64,000 nucleotides of DNA, taken from Phoronis australis. Lineage: Eukaryota; Animalia; Phoronida. The stretch is from the NCBI GenBank assembly GCA_002633005.1, contig NMRA01000276.1, positions 160,172 through 224,171 on the forward strand. Direction: 5' to 3'. The notes under the pieces are model-generated. The model saw nothing but the letters and a program-made list of their open reading frames with translations. It was not told the origin of the DNA and did no database searches. Shown here in pieces: positions 49,568 through 61,843 of the stretch (position 1 is its first letter; every line of letters starts with the position of its first letter). A program made the translations under genes and the position numbers.

Positions 49568-51699
49568 GTTGACTGACTAGTAAATGAAAGCGAACGACGA
49601 CGGAACTTAACACAACCGAGGTAGAACAATGACTGACTCGGCAGCTCTCACAGTCAGACTATGTGAAAAGAAATTGGCGGGAAGCGCTTGCCTCCTAAAA
49701 CGTCACTTCCGGAAAAGCGGGCGAATAATTAATAAAATTACGAAAAGCTGTAATTAAGTGAAAAATATGTCTAGGATAACCAACCAACCTTATTTTAGCT
49801 CAAAATGACATGGAAAAAGGTTGCCTTCGCCTTTAAGGTGTTTGACTACGTTCGACTGCTAGTGCCATCTGGTGAACATGGATGTGGCCTGTGTGAGAGA
49901 CTGGTCGAAAAGTTATTTTCTCCCTTCAGCTGACGGCAGTAGCAGCCATATTTTCATTGATAGCATTAATGGAAGCTACTCACAGCTGTCTACTTGATCT
50001 GCAATAATGGTGTTTTAGCCCAGAGCACGTGAACTCATGTGAAGTATCTGTCTTAAAGGGTGTACCTTGAAATATGGTGTAAGGTTAGTAGATGGTGATT
50101 AGAAGACTCTTCTTAGTCTTTTCATTTCAATTATAATGGTACTGGTTACATTAACAAGTTCTTCAATTACAGCTCTGATTACACAGCTGTTGAACAATAT
50201 ACTATAACCCTAAAACATTGATACTTTGAATAAGGTTGACATGTTACAAGGTGTTCTCCTATGTGATAGTTTATATTGTACAAGAAGGTGGTGGTTACAA
50301 GTTGCATGTGGCATTGTACACAGCACTTGTTTTATTCTGATTGCTGTTATGTGGAATACTTCATGTTATTGTGATAAAGTTTACTGTTATGTTTTTTCAT
50401 CTTCACTGTCAGTTTTGCCCTGACAGTAGCACCTGCAAAAACAAACATGCTATGCAACTGTGATTATGTGGGTCTGGAGGGGCACTCCTCTATATTTTTG
50501 ACATGGTGTACTTCTGGGAAATTAAAATAAAACATTTTTGGAAAGTTAACCTGATATAATTCTTTTTAGATGTAATCCGATAAAAATGAACTCATTCATT
50601 TGTATCTTCACTTGTAGGGTGTTCATGTGAAAAAACATCTTTTCCCAAAAGTTTATTACCATAACATGCTAATCTGTTTGTAGGGTCTTTAATCTTTTCG
50701 TCTGAAAATTCTCAAAGCTTTAATAATAAAAACTGAAACTCCTGACATAAATTCCCAAGATACTGGTTTCCATCATACCTTGTTGTTATATAAATAATGT
50801 CCATATTTTGCAACACCTTTATTAAATTTTCAACATTTTATAGTACATTAATTTCCATGACAATTCCCTCTGTAATTGCACTTTTATATATGCTACCTTA
50901 TATTTGTGTTTAAAGTCACTGTTCTTGTTTCATGTATCATACACCATTGCCTTGGATGGTTGAAGTCTAGTCGAAGTACAGCAACTGTTTTACTATGAAA
51001 TGTTTTGTATGATGTTTTATTTTATATATACTCGTGCGTTTGTGTTTGTGATGCCACTCACACACGGTGATCTACTCATAGACATCTTAATACTGTGATG
51101 TCTCTGGATCTACTATTTCAACTGCCATCTGAAGAAAGCCTAGGCCATAGTCCCAGCTCTATCTTTCACCTCCGTGGCCACTTTCTGGGGTCAACGGGAA
51201 TTTTGCATTAAACCCATCTACAGATGCTTAAAAGTCGATTTCAAAAAAGTTCCCAAGAATACATTTGCACGTTTAGCAAGAATTTTAATTTAAATGTTGG
51301 AAAAAATATAACCTCAACTAATATGTTAGCCATCACGTGTCAGTGCAAAAAGATCCTAACAGCCAATCAAATGCCAGAAAAATATTGTTTCCTTACCTTT
51401 CCCCTTCAAAAGTCGTCTGCTTGGCGTGACAGTCAGCTGATGTTGGCTTAGATAGCTTGTGTACTGCTACTGACTTCATTGGGTAGTATGAATTCTTGGA
51501 TGGGTGTGCAAGTAATAGGCAATTACCAAGGGCCAAGGCTCAAAAACCAGAATGCAACAGTTAGGAATTGAAGAAAGACAAATCAAGTGGCCACTTGTCT
51601 CATTGCACTGAAACAATTCTTGGCACATTCCTGAATCATTTTGTGTTTCGCAAAGAACAGTTTTGGGTCGACTAGGACTCTGCTGAAACCATGAATTAT

Positions 51700-53720
51700 T
51701 CAACGAGTGTGCGACTTCACAATAGACTGGCAAGATGTCTGCCCCGGCCTTGTTGCATTCATGTGTCAGCGTCCGATCATATTTCTGAGGTGGAATTTTC
51801 AGATCTTTCCTGGTGTAAGGCTACTGCAAAACAAACGTATCAACATTGAGTGCAAGAAAAGTATCATTGCTGATACGTTTTTAAGTGTTTGTGAAAAAAC
51901 AGAGCTCTTGTCATGCGCTCATCCATGGGTGGGGGGCTCGGGGGCTTGAACGAGCCTCCCCCATTTGGTAAAGTGGGTAAAAAGGTTTGCCTCAAAGAAA
52001 CAAAAACTCCGAAGAAGTAGAAAATGAGACAAATGTTCACTAAAAAGGTAGGAACTACCAAAATTTGACGAACGCACAATTCGTAGCTCTGAAGTACCCC
52101 GTGAATTTTAATAAATGTCCACAATCTCAAAAACTTGACCCCACCATTTTTAGACTTTGTGCTTGCAAGCTTCTATCACAAGCAGTGTTACAGACACTCA
52201 ACGGATGTAACAAAAATTGAAAGAGCTCTTAAAAAAGAAAAAGACCAAGCTAATGATGGAAATAATGTTGAGCCCACTAGAAAATTAAGGAGATTGTCAC
52301 TCTCGGTTACATTTACATTTAACAGTGCTCAAAGAAATACACCGTATATGTCTTGCCACCACAATGAAACATTTGCCACAAATCAAATCTCATCACAGGG
52401 GAACTTCACAAACAAAAGAAAAGTTGAAAACCTATCCCGGTTTCAAACATTCAATTTTAAATAGGCCTACCTATTCTTAACTTCAAAAGGTGTCAATTAT
52501 GGTAAATAATCTTTAGTTTAGGTCACAGAACAAAATTTGCTTGATAAATTTATAGTAATAGTGGTTTCAATCTCAAATGTACAGGCAGTAGTTTTTACCT
52601 ACATGTGAGTGATCAGCACAATGTGACTGCTTTTTATGAACTTCTCAGCCTATTTTGAGATCCTTTTATGTAAAATTATGAGCAGTGGTTGGAATTTGAG
52701 AAATATGACAATGGAAATATTATATTGCCAGTGTTCTGTAATTTATTTATCTTGAAAATTCAAATGTTGCGCAGATTTCAGTATCTCACATTTTGAAGAT
52801 TCTTGAATTGGAGTTTTTAGCAAAGGAAAATTTTTACTCTTCTAATTATATGCTATTTAAAAAAGGAAGCCTCAAATGAAATTTTAGCTCTACGGTAAAG
52901 AGGATGCTTTTCAATTTCAAACAAAAACTATTGCTAACATGACCATTCCTCTATTTTTCAAAGGTTGAACTACTGTATTAAGGATGATAAAAATGTTTCT
53001 ATGTTTTAAATTGTTTGAAGGCAGCTGCAGAATCAATGCTAGTAATGATGCTCATTTCTCTTAATGCTTATTTTTGTTGAGTACTTAAACTCAATGAAAT
53101 TTCAGCTGTTGGCCATACTGTGTGCTTAAGTGAAGATTATTTTGGTTACCTATTTCAGTTAAATTTGATTACTGTAACAAGGTGTTTAGATGAAACGGTA
53201 TTCAGGTTGTCAAAACTTTTTTATTTTGGGTTGGGTGCAGTCTTGCAGAGATATTTTTTTAACTTTGTCTGCCATTAAAGTTGGGCTCAAAATTTGTGTT
53301 TCCTGGTTAACTCATGGAAGACATTGAACCGTTTGTATGCAAGCTGTACCGCGAGTCATCAACAGTTAGTAAAGCACGCTGCCACATATTCAGGTTGAAA
53401 TCTGTGATCTGCCTCCTCATCATGATTGTTTGCTGCTGCATGCTAAAAGAGCAAACTACCAGTGTGCCATTCACAAACGAGCCTTGCAACAGCATGTCAG
53501 TGCACCATCTCCAGTTGCTAATGGGTGGCTTTTGGAGCAGGGTAGTCTGATGCTCCACTGGATGACTCTGCCTTAAGACCCAGAAAATGCCATGAAGAAT
53601 GTTAATGGCAAGTGTAAAAGAAGTGGTCGTAGTCTTGTTTGAAGTCGGGCATGCCATGTTCTGAGTTGTGTGACTGTCCAGACTGTGTGAACACGGTGTC
53701 TCAGTCAAAAAACAACTTTT
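51700..53720 (+). mobile_element. Second degenerate Academ-like remnant (N-terminal YHKQCY region plus C-terminal Cys-rich tail)
   Basis: Removing the MITE at 51912-52174 gives TELLYHKQCYRHSTDVTKIERA. 53314-53700 reads LHAKRANYQCAIHKRAL..GW..CKCKRSG..CLKSGMPCSELCDCPDCVN (frameshifted). Paralogous to 30180-30910. Boundaries approximate. Confidence 0.6.
51912..52169 (+). mobile_element. Diverged CATGCGCGCACCCA-family MITE
   Basis: CTTGT|CATGCGCTCATCCA ... TGTGCTTGCAAG|CTTCT (4/5 TSD match). Similar to 54362-54599. Confidence 0.7.
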
Positions 53721-54361
53721 AATGACAATAATGATGATATAAATGATGATGGAGTGAATGAAGAAACATAATAAGTGTATGTTATGTTGTTAGAGAACTT
53801 TAAATTTTCAACCTAATGGAAAATATGTACAACATTTTATCATGCTCATGACTGACACTGCTGGGTGTGTCCTTCCCCTTATCTAGAGCCCTCGTGGAAT
53901 TTGGAGAATTATCGCGTTCGGGTCTGGCGCCCCTCGGGCGATAATTCTCAAAATCCACTTGGGCTCTAGGAATTGGTGGGGGATAACGACTTCGCCATGT
54001 AATAATCTATATACATATATACAAAATACACATACATATTTCATTAATAATAATCTATATACATAATACATATTTCATTAAGACACGACTTTGTTCTGTT
54101 TTTACGATTAAGTGAGTATCAGTCTGACACATCCAGAACCATGGCATAGTGTCGCCTGCGTACTGCACAATTTTAAACTGATGAGTGTTATTTATTGTGA
54201 TACCGTTTATTATGTCTAGTCATCAAACCCAGTATTTCGGGGTTTCCTTGCTTACGACCCCTAGTATAGAGGCCTCAAAGGACTTTGAGGACATTTCATT
54301 TTGTAATATGCAGGCCCGCGAAGTCCGATGGAGAATGCGTATCCACTTTTGTATATCTTCG

Positions 54362-54599
54362 CATGCGCGCACCCAGGGGGGGGGGACTCGAATGAGCCTC
54401 CCTTTTGGCAAAGTGGGCAAAGGTTCGCCTCAGAGAAACAAAAAGTCCCAAAAAAGTAGAAAACGAGACAAAAGTCCACCAAAAAGGCAGGAATTCGGAA
54501 TCACATTTCACAACAGCTGCTCTGAATGTACCCCGTAAAAGGTCCACACTCCCAAAAATCCGTGCCCCCGGCCTACTTTTTAGGCTGGGTACGCGCATT
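54362..54599 (+). mobile_element. CATGCGCGCACCCA-family MITE
   Basis: CTTCG|CATGCGCGCACCCAG ... CTGGGTACGCGCATT|CTTCT. Confidence 0.8.
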
Positions 54600-55268
54600 C
54601 TTCTCCAAAAATTATAAAAACAATGTGGAGAAATTTCCATGGTAAAGAGTCTAAAGCAATAAACAATCTTACTCGACAAACCTAAATATATGAAAAAACC
54701 GGTCTTGTAGTGTCATTTCCTAAGTCAGTAATAACATGAACTCTTTCGTTGGGAATATGGCAAATGATAACTAATCCAAAGTGCACTTGACGTAAATGCC
54801 ACTTTTATAAGTACCAACCAGAATATAGGCCTAACTTGTGATTGGACTACTCAAGATCTTTAGCAGAATATGTGTATACGTATCAGCCAACAACGAATAT
54901 CACCACGTTTGATTTTCAACGAAGGAGGTGTGAAAAATAGCTGGTGAACTTTTCTCTAAACCTTGCTGCATTTAATCACTTGGAGCAAAACACTGGGCGG
55001 CATAGGCTGGTAAATAGCTTTGAAACAGTAAAACGAAAAATAAAATCAAATGCCTTGAAGAATTCGGGGATATTTTCCATTCCTTCTGCAGATTTCACAT
55101 TTATCAAGTAATATATTATAACTTACGAGACAAGATTGGTGAAGAAAGTTCAGCAAAAATCATTAGATTTCCGTTATAGTACATGGATATATGCAAACTG
55201 ATGCTAAAAATAGACCAAAATATGGCACTGTGTTCTTTTACAATCATAATGTGCATGCCCAGAAGCAC

Positions 55269-55780
55269 AATACAGCATGCAAGCACGGGACGTGGTGCAA
55301 TTCAAGGTGTATTGTTTACTCAATACAGCATGCAGGCACGGACGTGGTGCAATTCAAGGTGTATTGTTTACTCAATACAGCATGCAAGCACGGACGTGGT
55401 GCAATTCAAGGTGTATTGTTTACTCAATACAGCATTCAAGCACGGACGTGGTGCAATTCAAGGTGTATTGTTTACTCAATACAGCATGCAGGCACGGACG
55501 TGGTGCAATTCAAGGTGTATTGTTTACTCAATACATCATTCAAGCACGGACGTGGTGCAATTCAAGGTGTATTGTTTACTCAATACAGCATGCAGGCAGG
55601 GACGTGGTGCAATGCAATTCAAGGTGTATTGTTTACTCAATACAGCATTCAAGCACGGACGTGGTGCAATTCAAGGTGTATTGTTTACTCAATACAGCAT
55701 GCAAGCACGGACGTGGTGCAATTCAAGGTGTATTGTTTACTCAATACAACATGCAAGCACGGGACGTGGTGCAATTCAAG
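55269..55780. repeat. 52-bp tandem array, ~10 copies
   Basis: Unit AATACAGCATGCAAGCACGGACGTGGTGCAATTCAAGGTGTATTGTTTACTC with small variants. Confidence 0.95.
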
Positions 55781-55829
55781 GGGTATGGTTCACTTTGGTT
55801 CTGTGTGCTCTACTGGACAACGTCTGCTT

Positions 55830-56435
55830 GAAATGCAAAACATAGAAAATTTCTTGCAACCATTGGGTGGTTGGGTGTGTTTTTGTGACGAGTTTGGGTG
55901 CAGTTGCAACCTGGCAATTTTTGCTGAGTTTTACGACGCGACCAATGACGGTTCATCCATTTTAATATATAGGTATGACGGCATTGGCCGCTAATAGTTG
56001 ACCACCGAGTAACAACAGTGTGAAGAGGACGGTTGACCGATGATTTTCGACTTTTGACTACTGTGGCGTTTCCTAGTGTCAGTTTGTTTTTTAGTTCCAT
56101 AGCTGTATCTCCTCAGTAAACCCACTGCAGGATCTTAGAAAGTGTGTTCCCGTTGACGACGGACGACAACTTTCAGACGGATCCGACGAACGCTGTGCCT
56201 TTTAGTGGCAATTTTATTTTTTCTCCGTTTCCTATGTTTCTCTGAAGTTCTAGGCGGATTTACTTCAAACTTGGTAAATAGCTTTCCGTTAAAGAAACAA
56301 TGGCAGGATGCCATTTTCGAATGGATTCGGCGTATTTTGCGCCATCTAGTGGCCAGTTTAGAATACAAGTAAACATCCCGTGAAGCACGGTGCATACGTG
56401 GACCCATGATTTCAAGGCTCCGCGTTGCTCTTGTT
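55830..56435 (+). mobile_element. 3' fragment of the HINE/DINE-like family at 40596-42386
   Basis: Shares core repeats and the terminal ..TTTCAAGGCTCCGCGTTGCTCTTGTT. Confidence 0.75.
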
Positions 56436-56572
56436 CACTTTTGCCTCAGTATCTTTGGTGTTCGTTGGTGGGTTTTGTCATGAAATTTGACAAATGGGGC
56501 AGCATCTAGCACTAGTCATTAGCAATGCACACAAAGGGCGCATACCAACATTCTAGTTTATTGAACTATATT

Positions 56573-56826
56573 CGTGCGCTCACCCAGGGGGGGCTCGGGG
56601 GGCTCGAACATTTGGCGAAGTGGGCATGTAAAAAGGTCCGCCCCGACGAGAGACAGAAAGTCCTAGAAAATGGGACAAAAGTTCACTAAATAAGCCAAAC
56701 GCGCGCGCAATTCACAGTGGTGCTTCCGTTTTTCCTTTTTTTTTTAGTCCACCCGATCTTTTGTTAGCAAAAGGTCTACAACGCCGGGAATTCGAGCCCC
56801 CAAATTAAAGGTTGGGTGCGCGCATG
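56573..56826 (+). mobile_element. CATGCGCGCACCCA-family MITE, 5-bp TSD ATATT
   Basis: ATATT|CGTGCGCTCACCCAG ... TTGGGTGCGCGCATG|ATATT. Confidence 0.85.
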
Positions 56827-57358
56827 ATATTCACTGGAAAGCATGCGTGAATTTTTATTCCTTGCCTGGAATGGAGCTGATGTTGTGTCTACTGGACCGT
56901 TGTTGGCTAACGAAGCACTGAAGACCGAAAATATGTAAAGAGAATAAAACCTGTCATGTGCATTACCATGTATAATTCAAGCATAATTAAAATTATGGGT
57001 GGTGGGTTGAAGAAATACAAGAAAAATATGCGCTCTGGCTAAAAATGAAAGTGCTTTGCCCCCTTTCACACGTTTTTTTACTCGAGCAGCCCTTAATTCA
57101 CTTACTTCGTGAAGTTGGTCTCCACTTGTTGCTCACTCAAATGAGAGATGAATGGATGTTTGCTAGATAGTTCTTGTTGTTGCTCACTCAAATGAGAGAT
57201 GTATAGTTGTGTGCGGGGACTACAAAATAAGAAAGGGGTAATACGTTCAGAGCAATGAATTGTGCCGAATTCTTGCCGTTTTAGTGGACTTTTGTCTCGT
57301 TTTCTCGCCCGGACCTTTTGTTTCTCTGAGGCGGTCCTTTTTGCCCTCTTATAGCCAA

Positions 57359-57424
57359 ATGGGATTCGAACCCACGACCTCGGGCAAAGACATTAGGCAC
57401 CTATCACACTAGGCCACACCGCCT
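57359..57424 (-). mobile_element. tRNA-derived SINE head or tRNA pseudogene fragment
   Basis: Reverse complement GGCGGTGTGGCCTAGTG...GAGGTCGTGGGTTCGAATCCCA has A-box and B-box motifs but no full cloverleaf. Confidence 0.55.
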
Positions 57425-58489
57425 CCTCCAGGAGCTACATATAGGCTACAGCGTGTAATGTGTGTAGACGTTTCTCTGCGTTGCGAGTTTTATAAAAATG
57501 GGTCTGTCTGTGGCCAACTATGGTAAATTCATAAAAGATTGCTTGCAGTGCAACTGAAGTTCATAAAAAGTAAAACTTGACTTCCAAATCGTTTGATCTG
57601 AAGACATTTCACATAATATTTCAGTACAATTCTTAGTATCCTTTACGCACGGGACCCTTAAGTTACATTAGGATTGGTTCATTATGTACCCTAGAGGTGG
57701 TATGGGACTTTACACAACCGGTTGAAGAATTTTTTTGTCATAAACGTTTGTTTGAAAGGCTTAAGTTTAAAAATGGTAGGACTAAGGCGGAAATTTAAAA
57801 ATCGTTTGTCTGCTTTCAAAAATTTAACATTGAAGAATAAAAACAACCTTCACACTCCTCTGGTATTCCTGTTCCATGTTCATTTGCAAAGAAGATGAAA
57901 CTGGAGTTAGTTGGTTGTATTTTCATAGACTGCAATGTTATGTACTTGGTTAAGATGGTCGAGAGATTTTGTGAGGCATACATTCGACATGAAAGGAGTG
58001 TGTAACCTGCTGTTGTATTGCGAGATAGATTTTGAGATGGCCAGTTGGTTATTTCTGGAGTATTAATGTGATATTTATTCATGTCAAAGGTTTTACCAGC
58101 ATTCAATTTATTTGTACACGGATTTATAAATCGGTGATCCAAATCCAGACGAAATGTGCCCATTCTGCCGAGATAGTAACCGCCTGATTAGCGCTAGCGA
58201 AGATGACTAATTTGGTTAATTCGCACACTAGACTATGCATGGCTGAAGTTCCTCCTAAAGACAGGGAGTTCGTGAGTCACTATCTTTTGAACGAATTTAG
58301 CGGACAATTTTCGTCAAAAACATTACCAGGTAATGTTCATCAAAAAGGAGTAGGCTAAAGAACAATAGACATGTGAGATAGAATTAAGTCAGTAGTGCCT
58401 TGAGGTAGTAGCGTACTACTAACAGTAGGCCTACCAGTAGCCTTGGTACAAACCCGTGGGCCTATGTAAATATACGTATATGTGTGCCT

Positions 58490-58805
58490 CATTTATGCGT
58501 GACTGTGTCACCTCTTTGGCACTGTGTGCCCCTAGTGTTGCGTCTGTGACCCCTGGCACTGTGTGCCTCCCCTTTGGGTGACCGTGTCACCTCTTTGGCA
58601 CTGTGTGCCACTAGTGTTGCGTCTGTGACGCCTGGCACTGTGTGCCTCACCTTTGGGTGACCGTGTCACCTCTTTGGCACTGTGTGCCACCAGTGTTGCG
58701 TCTGTAACGCCTGGCACTGTGTGCCTCATTTATGTGTGACTGTGTCACCTCTTTGGCACTGTGTGCCCCTAATGTTCCATCTGTAACCCCAGGCACTGTG
58801 TGCCT
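58490..58805. repeat. 79-bp tandem repeat (~4 copies) built from small hairpins
   Basis: GTGAC(T/C)GTGTCACC recurs at 58499, 58578, 58657, 58736. GGCACTGTGTGCC occurs twice per unit. Confidence 0.9.
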
Positions 58806-59208
58806 TCTGTCGGGTGTCTATTTCTCCTGTGGGGCCCTGTGTCCTTTCTGCTCCGCCCCCTCATTAGCACTTCGTTGCACTGTGTGCCTTATCTTCCCCT
58901 CCCCGTGACTACTTTTCATATTTTTTATTCCCTCCCCTCGAGGATCCCTGTTTTTCTGTCCATGGACCTTGAACCCTGCGTCCCCCTTTTCGGGCTTCCT
59001 CTACGTCTCTCCCCTTGTACCCCCGTTCCCCACCCCTTCCTTAGGGTTTTGTTCTTACCTGTCCTTCCTTCCCCGCCATCTTTCTCCCTTATATATCCCA
59101 CGTTTCCCTCGATTGTGTTCCACCTCTAGGGTTCGGCCACCCCTTCCCGGGGCGGTCGTTCCCCTTTTTTTGCATAAGTCTCTCAGCCGCTCCGTTTTTC
59201 TTTTTCAG

Positions 59209-60131
59209 ATGCCTCGTCATTCAGCTCGTCCATCCAACTCACCGTATTCTCGTCCTTCACCGGCACACCCTCGCTCCTCTACATCGTCTGCGACGTCCTC
59301 GACTCCGCCCTCTGCACCAGCGCCGGACGTTTCCACTGTAGTCCCGTCGGTTATCCAGCAACTTCGCCAGGATCCATCTCTCCTCTCCGTGCCGCCGTCG
59401 GTCTCAGCGCCCCTGCCAGCTGCTCCGTCGGTCATCACTGTGCAGCCTCCACCTCTGCCTTCAACCGTCCATCCGCCTACCAACGACCAGCCGTTCTCCA
59501 TCACTCTTCCCCCGGTCTCGGGTACCGACATTTTACCGTTAGGTTTTAATGTCAATGATAAGGTCCGCGGCATGATTGTTTCGAATCAATTTGTTGATTT
59601 TTATTCCCTACTTCGCCCTCAACATCCATCTTCCTCGACGTTATCTCTCATCGTACAGGAAGGCCATCAGATCCTTACTTCGACTCCGAAGTCAAAATCC
59701 CTCCAGTCCTGTCACGAGTGGTGCATGGCATTTCTCGTTTACATGAGCATTTATACCACCGCCCACCCCCACCAGTCCCCCCACCTTTGCAAATACGCCC
59801 ACACCATCCTTACCTTCATCTCCACCTTTGGTTTTCACCATGCCATGTACTCCCTTCCCACGCCCCTTGGCACTCCATCAATCAGGAGCTGTGGGTTCAG
59901 ATCTCCCTCAGGTCCCACCAATCCCCCTTCCCCCAAACCACCTCTCCTCATCGCACCCCTGGCTACTGCTGGTCCTACAACTCTCACACCTGCCCTAAGC
60001 CCCCCACTCAGTGTCCCTACCTCCATGTCTGCTCTTCCTGCAATGGAAAGCACCCGGCTAAGTCTTGTCGCAGGCAGCCCCCCACGCCTGCTTCTACCCC
60101 TCCTCCTCCCGTTAAGGGCAGACGAATTTAA
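59209..60131 (+). mobile_element. Gag-like ORF1 of a DIRS/Ngaro tyrosine-recombinase retrotransposon, frameshifted, no pol seen
   Basis: LPLGFNVNDKVRGMIVSNQFVDFYSLL..EWCMAFLVYMSIY..HLCKYAHTI; after a deletion/frameshift near 59850, WHSINQELW..YCWSYNSHTC..CPYLHVCSSCNGKHPAKSC (CCCH plus CCHC fingers). Confidence 0.75.
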
Positions 60132-61299
60132 TCTTCCGTCCCCCTACCCCTCCTCTCATCCGTTTTTCCCATTCTTGCCTGCAACCTCCCTTCCCTCACC
60201 TTTTCCGTATTGCCTGCCCCTTGGTCCTACCGTAGCCCTTCGGTGTCAGTATTGCCTGTACCTTTTTCTCCTCTATCCCCTGCCTGCTCCCATCCCTCCC
60301 CCATCCCCTCCCTCTGGCATTAGTATTGCCGGTTATATCTAGGGTATTTCTTCTTAGCTTTTCTGTTGTTGTACTACCTTCCGTGGGTGTTTTTAGTTTC
60401 CCCACGTTGTTTCTAGCTTGTACTCATTCGGCTTACTGCCTATGTTATTGTTCAGTTTACCCACTTCTCTCAGTTAGCCAAATTTTATTACTTCTCTCCG
60501 TCCCTCTTTGTCACTTTGTATTATTTCGCCAGTTTACTTAGGGTTGGTTTCTTTTCTCAGTTAATTAATACTGTTATATTGTTTATATCGTCACCTTGGT
60601 ACTTCAGTTTCTGTTAGCCGCTTTTTTTCATATCTTAGGTACTTTCTCTTATGTTTCGGGCTTAGCCCTGCATAGCCTCTGTAACATTTTCAGTTCGTGC
60701 TGTTGTTTGTTTACGGGGTCCTTATATACCTCTTTCCTTATCTTACTTATGGTACTTTCGTTTCACTCCGTGTATCTTGTTTTTCCTATTTACCATTTTT
60801 CCACTTTGTTTCATTGTTTTGTTCAGTCTTCCATGTATTACTTTTGTATTTTTAGCCTTACTATAGTTCAGTTCGTTACCGCCACGACACCAGGGTGAGT
60901 TCACACCAGGCAGCTGTTGCAGCACTTGGGTAAACGTACCTCCCCCTCCAGCCTTGGCCCCTGGAGTTAGGGTTTGGTATCCGGCTGCCAGCCTCTGTAA
61001 GTATGCGAATCTACACAATACCTCTCTTTCATCCCTTTTCTTTTGGTGCGTCCCTGTGGATGGGCATGAGCTGTCTTCAACATCTCTCGTGACGCTTTTT
61101 ATTGCCCATCTTTCCAGAGATTATTATTTTATCTTTATGTTATTTGTACATTCATATTTCTGTACCTTATCAGTCATAATAAATGACCTTATATCGCCTA
61201 TACACGGTCTCCTTCGTATCTCTGGAAACGGAGCTTGCGACGCACCTATTATTTTCGGGACATATTCCGATCATCAATATGTATTTTGACGACAGTCTT

Positions 61300-61430
61300 C
61301 ATACAGCAAGCTGGCTGGCTAGCCTACTAGCAGTTCTTAAATAACATCCATCATCAAAATGTCTTGAACATATATATGAAGTATTATTTTCATTAACGTT
61401 TATACAAGACATAATGTTTTTCTCCCACAG
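61300..61430 (-). pseudogene. THAP domain fragment
   Basis: ..NENNTSYICSRHFDDGCY.. matches the THAP CS.HF....Y motif. Confidence 0.5.
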
Positions 61431-61711
61431 CCACTCATGGGGTCTCCGTACGCTATGGACGCCTTTGCCGCCTGTGTGGCCGAACACCGGCCTCCCGTTC
61501 AGTAACGCTAGGACCTCGCAAAAAAGCAAGACTTCGCGAGATTACGTGAGATATTGCCGTGTATTTTAAATGAGAACTAGGTCCTAGCGTAGGTCTTGGC
61601 GTCTACTGAACGCACGCCCGGCCACACAGCAACCGACCATGATTAGCAGACGACGTACTTGCCGGAAATAACACCAGATAATTTGGCCAGGTGACGCTGG
61701 TGAATCATGAC

Positions 61712-61843
61712 CAGGGGCGGATCCAGGATTTTGACTTGGGGGGGCAGGGCAGACATTCGCACCCCCGAGCTGTCAAATTTAATCTGGAAGAATTTTAGGG
61801 GGGGCATGGCCCCCTTGTCCCCTCCCCCCTAAATACCTCACTG
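61712..61843. mobile_element. Short hAT-like MITE remnant
   Basis: CAGGGGCGGATCCAGG..G-runs ... C-runs..TAAATACCTCACTG. Confidence 0.45.

Larger units (their letters stand above)
47893..49832. mobile_element. Internally deleted Kolobok DNA transposon, 158-bp TIRs, TTAA TSD
   Basis: TTAA|AGGCGAAGGCAACC ... GGTTGCCTTCGCCT|TTAA. TIRs 47893-48050 and 49675-49832 differ at about 5 positions. Two convergent ORFs. Confidence 0.92.

Noticed and set aside
55183-55994. Three overlapping ORFs with repeating peptides
   Set aside because: Produced by a stop-poor 52-bp tandem unit cycling through the frames; no recognisable domain
57359-57424. Functional tRNA gene
   Set aside because: A and B boxes are present but the acceptor and anticodon stems do not pair
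58969-60342. 457-aa proline-rich host protein
   Set aside because: The central part is retroelement gag; the Pro/Ser-rich tail is an out-of-frame reading after a deletion in C-rich DNA
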